A stretch of 64,000 nt of DNA from Chrysomallon squamiferum. Its lineage: Eukaryota; Animalia; Mollusca. Location: positions 620,001 through 684,000 of the forward strand of contig CM022679.1 of NCBI GenBank assembly GCA_012295275.1, read 5' to 3'. The position numbers and the translations under genes were made by a program. Under the pieces are notes generated by a model that ran no database searches, was not told the origin of the DNA, and saw only the letters and a program-made list of their open reading frames with translations. Every line of letters starts with the position of its first letter. Position 1 is the first letter of the stretch. Shown one piece after another: positions 40,335-56,891 of this stretch.

Positions 40335-43300
40335 TTATTCTTTTGAATCAGTTATTCCTCCTCCACTGATAGCGAAAGTGGCCTCATTTTCAGGAAGATC
40401 AGGACTGAAATTTTAATATTTTATTAATTGTAAACATTTTAAATTTAGTAACAGTTTTGTATATTGTCAAACAATATTAAAACAAAGCATAAATAATTAT
40501 AATAAAATAAAAAATAATAAAATAAGATAAATACAAATTTTAAGAAAAAAAATAAACTAGTTAAATCTACCTTTTCACTGATGTAATTAACGATTTTAAG
40601 CATTAAAAAGTATATCCATAAGTATATCAATATTTCTCAAAAAAAAAAAAAAAAAAAAAATAGATGTTTGAAATAAAATTTTAACAAAATGACAATACCT
40701 GTCATATATTTTTGCAATTCTATTTTCACCTCTACCCTTTCTAAGGGATATTCTGGTAGTTGAAGCATGTGCTAAAATGTGACCTCCAATTGGCTTCTTT
40801 GGATCAGCCTGGAACCTGATAAATTTTAGCAAATTACAATTTGTAATCTTTGAATTAAATTTAATAAAAATACAGCAAGATCACTGAAAATCTTGCAGAG
40901 GATTATTTAATTATCAGTGATTTAAAATTAGTGGTAAAAAAATAATTTTTTAAAATGTTTAGCTGTACATACGTCATCCCAGCTCCAGGATCGGCTGTCA
41001 TTTGATTCGTAACAAACACAGCAACATTATATTCTGAAAATATATTTTAATGTTTATCTGAAAATAACAGACAAAATCAACTGTATATGTTTATTATTAA
41101 TATTTTACATTCCACTGATAATGTTTAAAATGTTATAAGACAAAGGGTTTAACAATTTATTAAGCAAACTGTTTCTCAACTTTGGAGAATAAAATAATAA
41201 TCCTGAAGAATAAAATATGTAGAATTTTGTAAAATGATTTACCTTCAGCAATTTTCTGAAGTCTGGAGAGAAGCTGAGCTAATTTTTGTTGCCTGTCTGC
41301 TAGCTCTCCCCTTCCACAGTAGTCGACTCTAAACAAGGCCATTATTGAATCCACAATCTAACACAGAAATAAAAATTGGACAGAAAGAGAGAGATAAAAG
41401 AATGAAAGTCAGAAATAAATAGATCTATAAAACTAGATAAAACAAACAAAACATTAATGTAAATAAAAAATCTGACTTATTTTTCTCCAATTTAAATGCT
41501 GTTTAATATATGTCATTTTGTTGGGCTTTTTTTTTCTTACTGGAAGACTTCAGAATTTCAATTTTAAAACTGTGATGGTTACTAAATCCAATCAATATTT
41601 AAATAGTTTTGCTGTCCATACAACTGATGCAGATAATGTTAGTAGTAAAATGGTCTTGATTATCATAGCTAATATCACTCATCTTAAAACAATTACAGAT
41701 CTCTAGAAATATATCGTCCCACAACCCAGTATACTAAGACTGAAAAATATATCCGACATACTAATAATTTAAACACTCCAGGTTCTTCATAAAATTTTGC
41801 AGCAACAAAATCCATTAATTCATACTGATGTTCACCTACAAAATAATGATATAATATCACTGTTTAAAAAATCTGTTCTAATACTTTTATAATGAAACAT
41901 TTCAGTGAGATATAATATTTTTAAAATATTTTTGAAAAACCCTCAAACAAAACAACTTACTTCAATACTTTAGATACAATTACAATAAATTTTGAAAATT
42001 AGTTTCAAACAAATAATGTATCTCTTAAAGTTCATTAAATTAGACAAGTTCATACTTTGTGTTTTGATAAACATGGCAGTTGAAAGTATATGATTAAGTA
42101 CCATTTACTGCTTCATATGGATTTATGATTATACAAACATATAATTGTATGAAAATAAACAGTATACTATGTTTTAGATAAGTAATCTTGATGTCTGATA
42201 AAAATACATCATAAAACATACGACTTGAACATATTTGATTCTACTAACATAAAACTGTGAAAATAAAGATAATATTATGTTTTAGAGGAGTAGTCTTGAT
42301 ATCTTATACATCATAAAACATGCACTTGCATGAAGCCTACTTATGTTACAAATAAAATTATAACTTTTCACTTGTGTAAGCTCTTGCATAGAGTACATTG
42401 TCAAGCACTGCATTTTGATCCAGATTAAATCTGTCTGCAATGTTTCTCAGTCTGTCAGGTCGACTGATTGGTTAAGAAAATACTATTTGTAAGCAAGATA
42501 ATAAATAAAAAAATAAATAAATAAACAAATAACAAACAACTAAACAAACAAACAAACATAAATAAGTAAACAACAAACAAAGAAACAAATACAAAACAAA
42601 ATAAAATAAAGTACATGTATTATATAAGATTTGAAATAAAAAGCAAAATGTAAAATTATTTATGATAATAAATGAGTGAACAGTAAATGATAGCAAGGAT
42701 ACAAGGTATTTTCTGTATCAATAAAAACAACTTTTCCTCCAGTGTAACCATTAGCTCCAGGAAGCTGTGCAGTGACTATAAAATAACAAAAAAGTTACCA
42801 CCATGTAAATAATAAACAAGAAACACACCTGTAGTTAGGTGTGTGTGCATGTTGATCTTTTTTTTAAACTTGCACCAAAAAGAAGGACTCACCACAGAGA
42901 GTATGTGAAAGTTGTGTTTTTCCTGTTCTGAATTCTCCAAATGCTTCAGTGATTGCCATAGATTCCATACCACCACCAAGCAGTTTGCTGCAGTAAGATA
43001 ATGTTAATGAATAAGTTAAATAACATACTGACTTATATTTGAAACTACAAATGAAGATATAGTCATATTTATGATGAGTAACTGGGTCAGTATATTATTT
43101 CAAATCTACAATGTTTCTTATACAAAAGTGACAAGAAGCATATATATTTTTACTAAAATCTTTAACATCATGACATTACCAAAAAATCTGTAACATTTAA
43201 TGTATCACTGACATTTGACACTTGCAAAAAATAATTAAATAAAATATATTAGTATTCAGATGTGTTCAGAAAATACTTTAAATACTGAACTCTAATTCTT

Positions 43301-44908
43301 GACTTCCTGTTGATATCTTAAAAACCATTTTTCTTTTGTCTGCATATTCAAGAGCTGTTAAAAATCCAGGATCCTGTCAAAAATATTAATTATAAAATAA
43401 TTATAATTAAAAATTATGACAATAAAGAATAAATAATTTCACACCATAATTATTAATATAATTGGAAAAACTAATTTTCATATTTTAAGTTAAAATTTCA
43501 AAAACATTTTATAACAAATTTCAGTGTTTGTATAACCAGAGAGTAGTAGAAATCCTAATAGTAATGGTGCTTATCTGAGGAGTGACAGCCAGATGGATCA
43601 AATCCACTTCATGCAAACACTGAAATATTTCCTGTTTCAGTCAGTACTGATAATGAAAGGCTGATTTTTAGTCAGGAGAGAAAAAAAATCTATACAAAGA
43701 TTTCTTGCTGGTAATATTTTGGTAGAAGACAATCCTGATATTTTCACAAAATGACTTCACTGATACCTAATAATCAATGATATAAAAATATGTTGTGATT
43801 TTGCTAAACAGACATTTAATGCCTCATAAATCAAAGCTATAAATGTTTAATGCAAACATGCAGTTTTCCAGCTGCTTCTTTTATCTTCTCCATTTTAGCT
43901 TCAGAAATCCCTTTGATGTTGCACAGCTTTTTTCTTGTGGTCATTTGTATACCCTATAAACAAAAATTAAAATCACTATACAAAATCTGTTCATTACTCA
44001 TCCTGAGCAGAAGTATACCATTTGGACAGCAGATCAGATATGTTGGGATTATGTTCTCTATTTAAAAATAGATACCTAAAAAATGATTTTAATAACATAT
44101 GCACATTGTAAATAATAACTGTGATAAACGTGTTGCTATTTTATGAAAATTAAGGTTGATGTAAAAAGAATAAAGGTTATAATTCAGTTACTGTTTAGCA
44201 TATCATGGCTGGCATATTGGATAGGAATATTAATTATCTTGATCTTTATATAAATCTAACATTAATCTATAGAGACCCAGACTGGTCTGCAAAACAAATG
44301 AAAATTGTTCTATCATAACTGTCTAACAGTTTACTGTACCTTTATTGTGCATATTCCTGACTGTTTCAGTTTTTTAATATCAGCAACATTCTGAAAATCA
44401 TATTCACAACAATTATACAAAGAAATAATGAAACCTTTTTTTTCACCTTTTTTTTCTTTCTGTAAACTCCTGTGCTGTTAGTTCAGAAAAATAATAGTAA
44501 ACAAAAAAACAAAAAGAAAAAAAGTATAATAAAATATATAAACAACACTTGGATTAGTAGTAGTACTTTTGTAAGATCTAAGATGCAAATGGTAACCAGA
44601 GTAACATAATTCATGTAGCTTAATACTTACAATGCCATGATTCTGCAGTTGATCAATGTCAACAAAAAGTGATTCCTACAACAAAATTATTTTTATTAAC
44701 ACTTTATAGTTAAATGCAGTGAGAAAGCAAAATCTAATAATACTGTAACATATTTTTACATTATATTAATAAATATATTTACATTTATCTATATATAGAT
44801 AGAGACAGGAACAGAAAATAAGTAATTATTAATATTAAAAAATGAAAAACGTACTTCTTCATCATCATTTGCTAATGCTTCTTCAACTACTTGATCTTCA
44901 GTCTCCAT
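40335..44908 (-). CDS. DMC1: Meiotic recombination protein DMC1, 341 aa
   Basis: 13 minus-strand exons (44908-44855, 44675-44631, 44390-44340, 43953-43858, 43373-43291, 42987-42893, 42775-42703, 42463-42372, 41835-41762, 41357-41243, 41033-40973, 40815-40699, 40404-40335) total 1026 nt in frame. Walker A GEFRTGKT, Walker B LLIVDS. DMC1-type segments [50 protein letters not shown] and PENEATF distinguish it from RAD51. Confidence 0.97.
42464..42702 (-). other. U12-type (minor spliceosome) GT-AG intron in DMC1
   Basis: Donor GTATCCTTG; branch site TTTTCTTAAC ending 7 nt before the exon (TTTTCTTAACCAATCAG); no separate polypyrimidine tract. Confidence 0.85.
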
Positions 44909-45005
44909 TTTAAACTGAAAGAATTAAAACAAAATAACATCAAAATTTATTCTGTCTTAAATACATGCTATTAATTATTATTATTATTGTTATTATTATT
45001 GTTAT

Positions 45006-45036
<31 letters not shown>

Positions 45037-45241
45037 TGTAGTACTAGTAGTAGTAATAATAAGTTTGCTTCTGTTTAACCTGGCTGAATTGTCAGGTGCA
45101 TTTTGCATTCTAATCTATAATTAACAATAATAATTTGATACCACTTTCAAAAATTATAATTTAAATGGATAACAATAAAATGCATATAGAAGCTAAACAT
45201 AATAATGTGTATTTTATTACTCAAATATAAATAATTCTTAC

Positions 45242-45526
45242 TGTTAAATAATTTTAGTTAATATGAATTGGTCAAGCCAATAATAACAAAGTGTTTTTAT
45301 TGCGTCGTCTGCTGCAAATAGGACACGTGACCGTGTCAAACGATAAAGGATGTTGTGTTCAAAGCGAGTAGTATTTCCGGTTCCTATAACGATTGCACAG
45401 CGTGGTTGAGAGTCGCATTTTATTCCAGTGAATTATTTACCTCAGTGAAGCGAAATTTCGCCGAGAGGATAACTTCAAAGTCTAACTTTTTGCATTTTAT
45501 TTGGGTATTAGTTACTATCGACAAAA
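45242..45526. promoter_or_regulatory. Bidirectional promoter and 5' UTR exons of DMC1 (-) and SNU13 (+)
   Basis: Minus-strand donor CAG|GTAAGA at 45241 for a DMC1 non-coding exon; SNU13 ATG at 45527. CpG-rich patch with E-box CACGTG (45324-45329) and ETS-like TTCCGG. Confidence 0.7.
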
Positions 45527-47527
45527 ATGGTAAGACTGACACCAGTTTCAAAAGCATTTTAAACTATATAATAATAAATTTGTACACACGTGGTCTTTGT
45601 GATTTTAAAAATTTAACTCGCCCAAACAACGCGACTTTATCAGTTTATGGTCATAATTACTGTGAACGTAAAAATTATGATAATTGTCAAATATGTATAA
45701 TTTTTATATGAATATACTTTTTAATCGATCTTTTATCAAATTGATTTACATTCAGATTTCATTCATTCATTTTTTATAATCATAATAATAGCATTTAATA
45801 ATTTATAACAAACATTGTGACAATGATTGTCTTATTCGATACCATATCATGAGATTCAAACCGATTTACGGTAATAAATTATTTGAATTATAATGTAAAC
45901 TTTTTAATTTTGTAAAAACGTTAATGGTTACTAACTTATTGCGGAAAATAAAATCTGAAAATTAATGAAAAAAAAAAAAAAAAGTTTCTTCCAGAAAATT
46001 CTTGAGCATTTAATCCTCGGCTGACAAAAAATATTTAATTTTATAAACAAAAGTGTTGTGAAGAAGTAAAACAGTAAATTATTAATGTTAATCGGTGGAT
46101 GAGGTAAATCAGCTGCTTGCTGTCTGGTTATAAGATACTAAGTCTATCTTTGTACAATTATAACATTGGGTTTGTCTGGTTGCTTGCTGATACTAAGATC
46201 TGTCTATCTTTGTACAATTATAACACTGGGTTTAAATTTCAGACTGATGAGGTAAATCAGCTGCTTGCTGTCTGGTTATAAGACACTAAGTCTGTCTTTG
46301 TACAATTATAACACTGGGTTTAAATTTCAGACTGATGAGGTAAATCCTAAGGCTTACCCACTTGCAGATCCTGACTTGACGAAATCCATTCTTGACCTTG
46401 TTTCCCAAGCTGCAAACTACAAACAGCTGAAAAAAGGAGCAAATGAAGGTATAACATTATCCATAAATTAATAATTACTACTAGAAATTCCTTTTGGTAT
46501 TACTTAAAAAAAAAAACTTTGAAAGTTTTATTACTTATCTTGAAAGTCATTAGCTGAAAAAAGGAGCATGTGAAGGTATGTTATCCGAAAATTAATGTTT
46601 ACAAATATATATTTCATGTGGTATTACTTTTAAAAACCTTAAAATTATTGAAAAAAAATTAATAATATCAATGCTGATTTGGTGTTTCCTAAAGAGAATT
46701 TTACAGTTTCACTGCTTAAAAGTAATTCAAAAAATCAACAACAAATTGGATTAATATGATTAAAAGTGTTTTATTTTGTTTTACAGCAACTAAAACTCTG
46801 AATCGCGGCTTGGCAGAGTTTATTGTCCTTGCAGCAGACGCAGAACCTCTTGAGATTCTTCTACATCTGCCTTTGTTGTGTGAGGACAAAGTAAGTTTAT
46901 TCCTAAACCTTTTGTAACTGAATAAATGATGTGTTCAACATTCAGTAGACAGGCTGTACGTGTATGTTAATTAATAATACAGAAAGAAACAAACTTGATA
47001 TATATTTAATTATTTATTTTATTTGGCATATACTAAAAATAAGTTTCTTTTTCCTTTTCAGAATGTTCCATATGTCTTCTGTCGCTCAAAGCAAGGTAAA
47101 TATTTTTGTGTTGGTTCATTATTTTGAAATTTTCTTTTGCTTTATTATTATTTTATTTATATATGAACCTAATTTCCAAAATATATACATCTATTTTTAA
47201 GTTCATTTGGTTTTTAATATTTATTATTGAAATTCTTTAAGCTTAACAGTTTTACTTAAAATCAACCAAAAAGACTGTTCTAAAATAAAAATATTCCAAC
47301 AAAAACCTGGGACTGTAGAAATGTACTGTGTAAGTGTTTAAGTGTTGTGATTTCAAAAACCTGGGAATGTAGAAATGTATTGTGTAAGTGTTGTGATTTC
47401 AGCTCTGGGTCGAGCGTGTGGCGTCACTCGACCAGTTATTTCCTGTTCCATCATAAAGAAAGATGGCTCTCAGCTGGGACCGCAGATCCAGGCAATGTGT
47501 CAGAGCATCGAGAAACTTCTCATCTGA
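45527..47527 (+). CDS. SNU13: SNU13 / NHP2-like protein 1 (15.5K; U4/U6 and box C/D snoRNP kink-turn binding protein), 127 aa
   Basis: Exons 45527-45529 (ATG only), 46331-46448, 46787-46890, 47062-47095 and 47403-47527 total 384 nt. Translation includes [72 protein letters not shown] and IEKLLI. Confidence 0.97.
46098..46346 (+). repeat. 88-bp duplication of the SNU13 exon-2 acceptor region, about 2.5 copies
   Basis: TTTAAATTTCAG|ACTGATGAGGTAAATC appears with exon starts at 46243 and 46331; a further partial copy starts at 46098. Confidence 0.85.
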
Positions 47528-50003
47528 AGTGACAACTCTCCAAATAGATTTACAGCTTGTCAACGTCATAGCAACACATCACTGAGTGTTCACTATTAAA
47601 AACACCGAAATATTAAATATCTAAAATACCGATATGTTAAATATTTAAATTAAAATCACTGAAATGTGAAATATCTAAATTAGAAAGTAAAGAATTTGTT
47701 TTATTGTCTTTAAAAGCTTGACAGTTTCAGAAGAAGCATACTAATTGTAGTTTTTGTTTCTAAGAAAATCTTCATTTTAAACAGTATGTTGTGTAACGCT
47801 TTGTTTAACAATTGGTAGTGAATGTATAGTTTTTGTATGAGGTTTTCTTAAACACATGTACATTTATTTAACACGTATTTGTTCATGAATGTATTTATTT
47901 ATTACAACTACCCTACTTCATCATAAAAACATCATCCACAAATATTTTTTTATTTTAATTTTTTTTTAAATTCTTGTTTATATGAAGCTGTTAAAATACA
48001 GATTTCCAGTACATTATCATTATGCATTAATGCTAAGATCAAAACGTTAATACGTTGAGAAATACCACATTTTGTTTTATCTCTTTTTATGATTTCCATG
48101 GTATCTTACAGTATGCAACAGGATAATTACTTACAAACTGCAGTATCTAACAACCTGTTCATTCTGAACAGTTTTCTGAATTCAGTTATGTTGGCTGATC
48201 TTGTACTGACTCTTCAAAGGATTGGAATAGTCTGTACTCGTAAAGAAACAAAAAATTAATTTTGTCTGATAAATGTTTTTTAAAAATTGGAAAATAATTT
48301 ATAGAGTGTAGCCTGTTTAAAATATACATCAGTTTTAATTAAGTTTCATAAAAATGTATAATTTTGGGTGGCATGTTATAAAAATAAATCTAAATATGAA
48401 ATTATTTTTGAAATATTAGGTTTAAATTTAAATGGAATAATATATATATATATGTTGGAATACTTAAAATCACAGTAACTAATGATTTCAGAAGTAGAAA
48501 TGTGTAACTAATCTAGACAGAAAAATAAGATGCTTCATTTTCTCGTATACCATTGTAATACATTCAAATCTATTCACATTTAGTTGAAGCAGAAAATTTA
48601 ATTTTTTTGCTGTTTGTTGTAAGAACTGGAAACTGTATGTACCAGATGAATTTTGTCACTTGTAAATTGGTTAAAACGGCTCATTTTCAATTGTGAAATT
48701 TGGAATGTATTTTGGGAAGAAATTGAGACTACTTGAATTGTTCTTGATTATAAAATTTTTATATGCATTTTTTAAAATTATTTTTGATGCATACAATACC
48801 AGTATTGTGTTAAATCATGCAATAAAAAAGTTCAGACCACCACCATTTTGTTTTTTTCTAATCCATAGGTATAATATTAAAAGTATTTGAGATATATATA
48901 TAATTACATCAAATTTCGCGAACATGTAGGCTCAGTCTTGATAGACTTGTAGCAGCTAATTTAAAGTGAACTTAAGAAATTTGTTTTGGTACAGGGTTAA
49001 ATTAATAAAAATTACTATCGACTTGTATTATCTGTACTATATGTTAATTTAAAAATGTCCGACATTTGTTGAAAAAATAACAAATAAAAAGAATGGAAGA
49101 AACGGTTTACTTGGTTTTATGTACGTAGTTGTTAAAAGGGGCGGTGGAAACCACAGCTTTTTGTAGTTACATAACATGGATAATAAAAGGTAACATTCTC
49201 AAACCTATTGTTTCATTTTATTACGCAGAATATAAATAAAATAACCTTGTAACAAAATATATAAATGCTGTTATGTGTTAATAAATGTATCATGTTCTCC
49301 GTGTTTTCTGTTGCCTATGGGACATAAGTGTTTGTGTCAACTGTTTCGACGCCTAGAATTCTGAATTTGAACATGGGCAATGCATCCAATTGATCATCAT
49401 GAACACGTTTGCTGGAAGACCATATATATATATATATATAATTTTGTTTGTTCTCTCCTATGAACGATGTAGTATCTGGAGCTGTACTAAATACTGGAAA
49501 GTGGTTAGAATGCGTTTTACTCAGTGAATCGTCATTACTTACCAATGTTTTAAGTAAAAGAAAGATATTAAAACAAAAGTGCAACTTCTCTACTTGAAAA
49601 AATTCATCATAAAATTTTCTCTCTATTGCTTTGTATGTTTGTAATGTTTTCCATCTCCCCATATTTCTGTCTAGGCTATTTTATTTTTATTAATTTTTTT
49701 ATTTTTTGTTTTTTAAATATTTGAGTCATCTGGCTTCATATTTATTTATTATTATTATTATTATTGTTGTTTCAAATTAATATATATATAGCGTCATTTT
49801 GAGCTTCTTTATCATTCTGTTAGTACGTTATTAGCAAATGTTTAAATAATAATAATAATAAAAGAACAACAACAAAAAAAAAAAAAAACCCGATAATTAA
49901 ATATAACAAAATAAAAATAAAACAATCGTTTGAAAGTACATAAAATGTATTGATGCGGGTTAGTCGCAGCGTAACAGGTGATTTTGAACCGAGTTGAAGT
50001 GTA

Positions 50004-53463
<3,460 letters not shown>

Positions 53464-53659
53464 TATATGTGTCTACCACGTCGCTGACTGCAAGTGAAAC
53501 AACAAATAAAAACTTTGAAAAAACTTGTAATATAGAGAAATAATAAAAAAAACCCACCCCAAAAACAAAAAACACAAAGGTAAATGCCACTTTAAGTAGA
53601 CTTTAACAAATCGAGGAAAAATAATAGTAGTAGTAGTAGCAATAGCAGTAGTAATAATA

Positions 53660-53720
<61 letters not shown>

Positions 53721-54026
53721 GTGGTAGTAGTTGTAACAGCAGCAGCAGTGGTTGTAGTAGTAGTAAAATTAAAATAATATTAATAACATAATAACAATAT
53801 TAATAATAATAGTAATAACAACAACAACAGCAAATACTAATACTACTACTATAACTACTACAACTACTACTACTACTTACAACTACTACAACTACTACTA
53901 TTGTAATAAGAAGTGCTTATAATACTTGTTCGTTTGTATGACTGTGTGTAACTCCTACTCTGAAACAATTTCGTAAGAGGTTTGTGACGAATCTAACTGT
54001 AATGTTATTACTGGATCCCCTCTTAC

Positions 54027-54122
54027 ACATCAGCGTATGACACTAGCCTAAAGACGTGAAATGAATCGAGATAAAATCTACGAATTAGGTTTAAAGTAAT
54101 GACATCAGGCGTTTTATATAGG
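54027..54122 (-). promoter_or_regulatory. TATA promoter and short non-coding first exon of the VWA-mucin gene
   Basis: Minus-strand TATATAAAA at about 54120-54112, donor TGT|GTAAGA at 54026, and an acceptor TTTCACTTGCAG at 53488 just upstream of the ATG. Confidence 0.6.
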
Positions 54123-56891
54123 CTGTTACTGACAAATACTTATATTAAACAGTGAAAAAGTGTCTCTCAATATATATATATATATATATCTATAGATCGA
54201 TAGAGAGATAGAGATATTCTCAATGGAGATATGTAGTTATTTAAGAAAGAAAAAGCAGAATGGTGATGGTCTGAAATATTTTGACGTATGTCTAACTGGT
54301 GATGACTCAGAATTATATTATTACGTTTTAAAAACAAGTGGAGATTCAACTTCATAATTTCAACTTATATCCAGACCATTCTTCTCATACTTAAAATAAC
54401 ATAAATTTAATTTAGTTTAATAATCAGAATACAAAGCTGATAGTACCAAAATCCTGCAGATTTTAATAATACAATTTTAAAATTAAATAACCTTACGTAA
54501 ATGCTTTCTACAGTTACGTCAGTCTCACTTTAAGCCTTTGTGTACCTTTCGTTGAACACGGTCAAACTTGCGATCAGTCTTTAGTACTTTAGCGTGTTAA
54601 TTTAAAAGTTAAGAAATCTCACCATTTCTCTCAGCCGTCTTCTCAACGTGTTCGACGTCTTAGTGTTGTCTCTTTTCTCTCTCACGTGAAATCGTGCCAG
54701 AGATTTTTCTGCCTGTGGCAAAATAGCTGGCGGGTTTTTCTTTGTCCGTGTTTCACGGCTCACCGGTCCTAATTCACGGTCAGAGGAGAGATAAAGTATC
54801 AAAGAAAAATAATTAAAACTCATGACATCACATCCATAGCAATATCTGCAACAGCTTTTATAACTAGGACCCGCTGCTACTATGAAAATGTTTTATACAA
54901 TATTTTATTTTTTTATACTACTGCAGCTACTACTATTACCACAACCACCAGCTTTACTGCTACTACTTCTACTGCTACTACTACTATTACCACTACTACT
55001 ATACTATCAACACTACTGCTATTACCACTACTACTATGAACACTACTGCTATTACAACTACTACTACTAGTAACATTACTACTATTACTACTCCTACTAC
55101 TATTACTACTACAGGAAATATTACATCATTAGTTATATCTGCTTATACTCGTAAGATTTGAAAACTACTACTGCAGATTTGCTTACTTCGATCAACATTG
55201 GTGTGCTGAAGAATAATTTACTGTTTTGTGTTTCTAGAAATATTTGTTTTACGTTGTTTCTGCAATCTTCATGTGTAGATTAACTGTTTGGCCATTTGTT
55301 GAGTTGAAAAATGTTATCAGTGGATTCTACCAACTAATTCTTTTTAATTTTTTTTTTATCCTATTAAATGCGACTTGGTGTCATTTTGTAATTTATACTG
55401 AATCTAATTTCGTACTATTTGTTCTCGTACTGTTCGCAGTATTTTAAAACCAGAATATTTTTTTGAAACGTGTCACTAGTCACTGGCAGTGTTTGTTAAA
55501 AGACTATTAACATTATTTATGTTTAATTCACAACACAGTTTTTCTATCGACCATAAAAAAAATCTTATCTCTGAACGACTTCGGCCACACAGGTGCTGCG
55601 ACTCCCAAATACATCATCAACCACAACTCAAATATTTGAAAAGTTGTTAAATATCGGTTTCCACAGCCCGTGAAGCTACTCGAGACCTCCCAGTTGAATG
55701 TCACAAAACGAAGCTGACTCCAGAATTTCGTCTGAAAATGTTCTTCACGTTTTCTTGGTGAGAAAAAAACCCCGGCTACTTTGAAGTGTTTTGTCCACGT
55801 GTTTGCTTTATGATAATTTAACTGACAGACATGATGATTTTATTTTGAACGGTGATGTCAACTTAGAAATCTTGTTTGTATTTAGAAATCGCAGAAAGCT
55901 GGTTATTAATTATCGTTAAACGTGACTCATTAATTCAGATTCGGTCATGACAGAACCACGCAGAAATCCCTAAGTGATTGCAGTTATAAACACCGGAGGA
56001 AGATAATTCTATAAAGAGACGGATTTTATTTAAACGTAAAATATTCTTATATTTGTTTAAGGATCATTTTAAACAGTTCGGATAGAAGTTTAACGATTTG
56101 AAATTTTCAGTCTGTAGTTGTTTTGTATTTTAGTTTACATTTGACTAAGAAAATGTTGTCGGATTAGTTAATCAGAAATTCAAAAAGTTTAAAACGGAGA
56201 TAAAACTCAGCATTCTCAAAATTGTAATTAAAATCGTCTGAAAACGGATTTATATTATATTTACCTGGATCTCAGAGATTCACAGCCTGGATGGAGCGTA
56301 TTTGATTCGAGACTATAAAAGGAAATAATTATTAAATCAGTTTCCATAGAGACATAAAAAGAATTATCTTTCTTTATTTCGAAGACGAATGATGAAAGAT
56401 CTGAGACTATTTTCTTAACAACAGGGAAAAAAAAGATTTGTATATACAAATAGGAAGTGTTTAAGATAAAAAAAAATATATTTTATTAAATCGAATAATA
56501 ATAATGATACTGACTGAAGTTCATGGAAAAATAAAATCTAGAGACCAAAAGTTGAGCAAGATAATACAGAATTTAAGATATTAAGATTGGAACATCGATA
56601 TTCAATTTTATAGATAACAATTAAAACAGAATTTATTTCTAATTCAGTTTAAGAGAATATTTTCACAAAGGAACTACTTAAAGAATCAAATTAAGGTTTG
56701 GGTAAAATGTATTTTGTACTAAATTGTTAGATTTTTAGACAGATAATTATTAAAATTATAAAACGTAAACTCGACTATGAAGATACGTTACTACAGTTAT
56801 AGTTAATAGTAAACAAACAGACATCAGGATTAGTACAGAAGTGACAGAACTAAATAACACAAGCTGAACAGTGTGACAGTTAGAACTGGAA

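Noticed and set aside
40335-44908. Alternative identification as RAD51
   Set aside because: Diagnostic residues (AITEAFG, DTENTF, RQQKLAQ, GGHILAH, RIAKIYDSP) are DMC1-type.
46243-46345. TGATGA in the duplicated SNU13 acceptor as a box C element (snoRNA or SNU13 autoregulation)
   Set aside because: It is coding sequence (Thr-Asp-Glu), lacks the purine of RUGAUGA, and I found no terminal stem with a suitably placed box D.
56265-56312. Minus-strand 48-nt segment flanked by TTTTATAG and GTAAAT, a possible antisense exon
   Set aside because: No partner exon or recognisable coding signal; compatible with chance.
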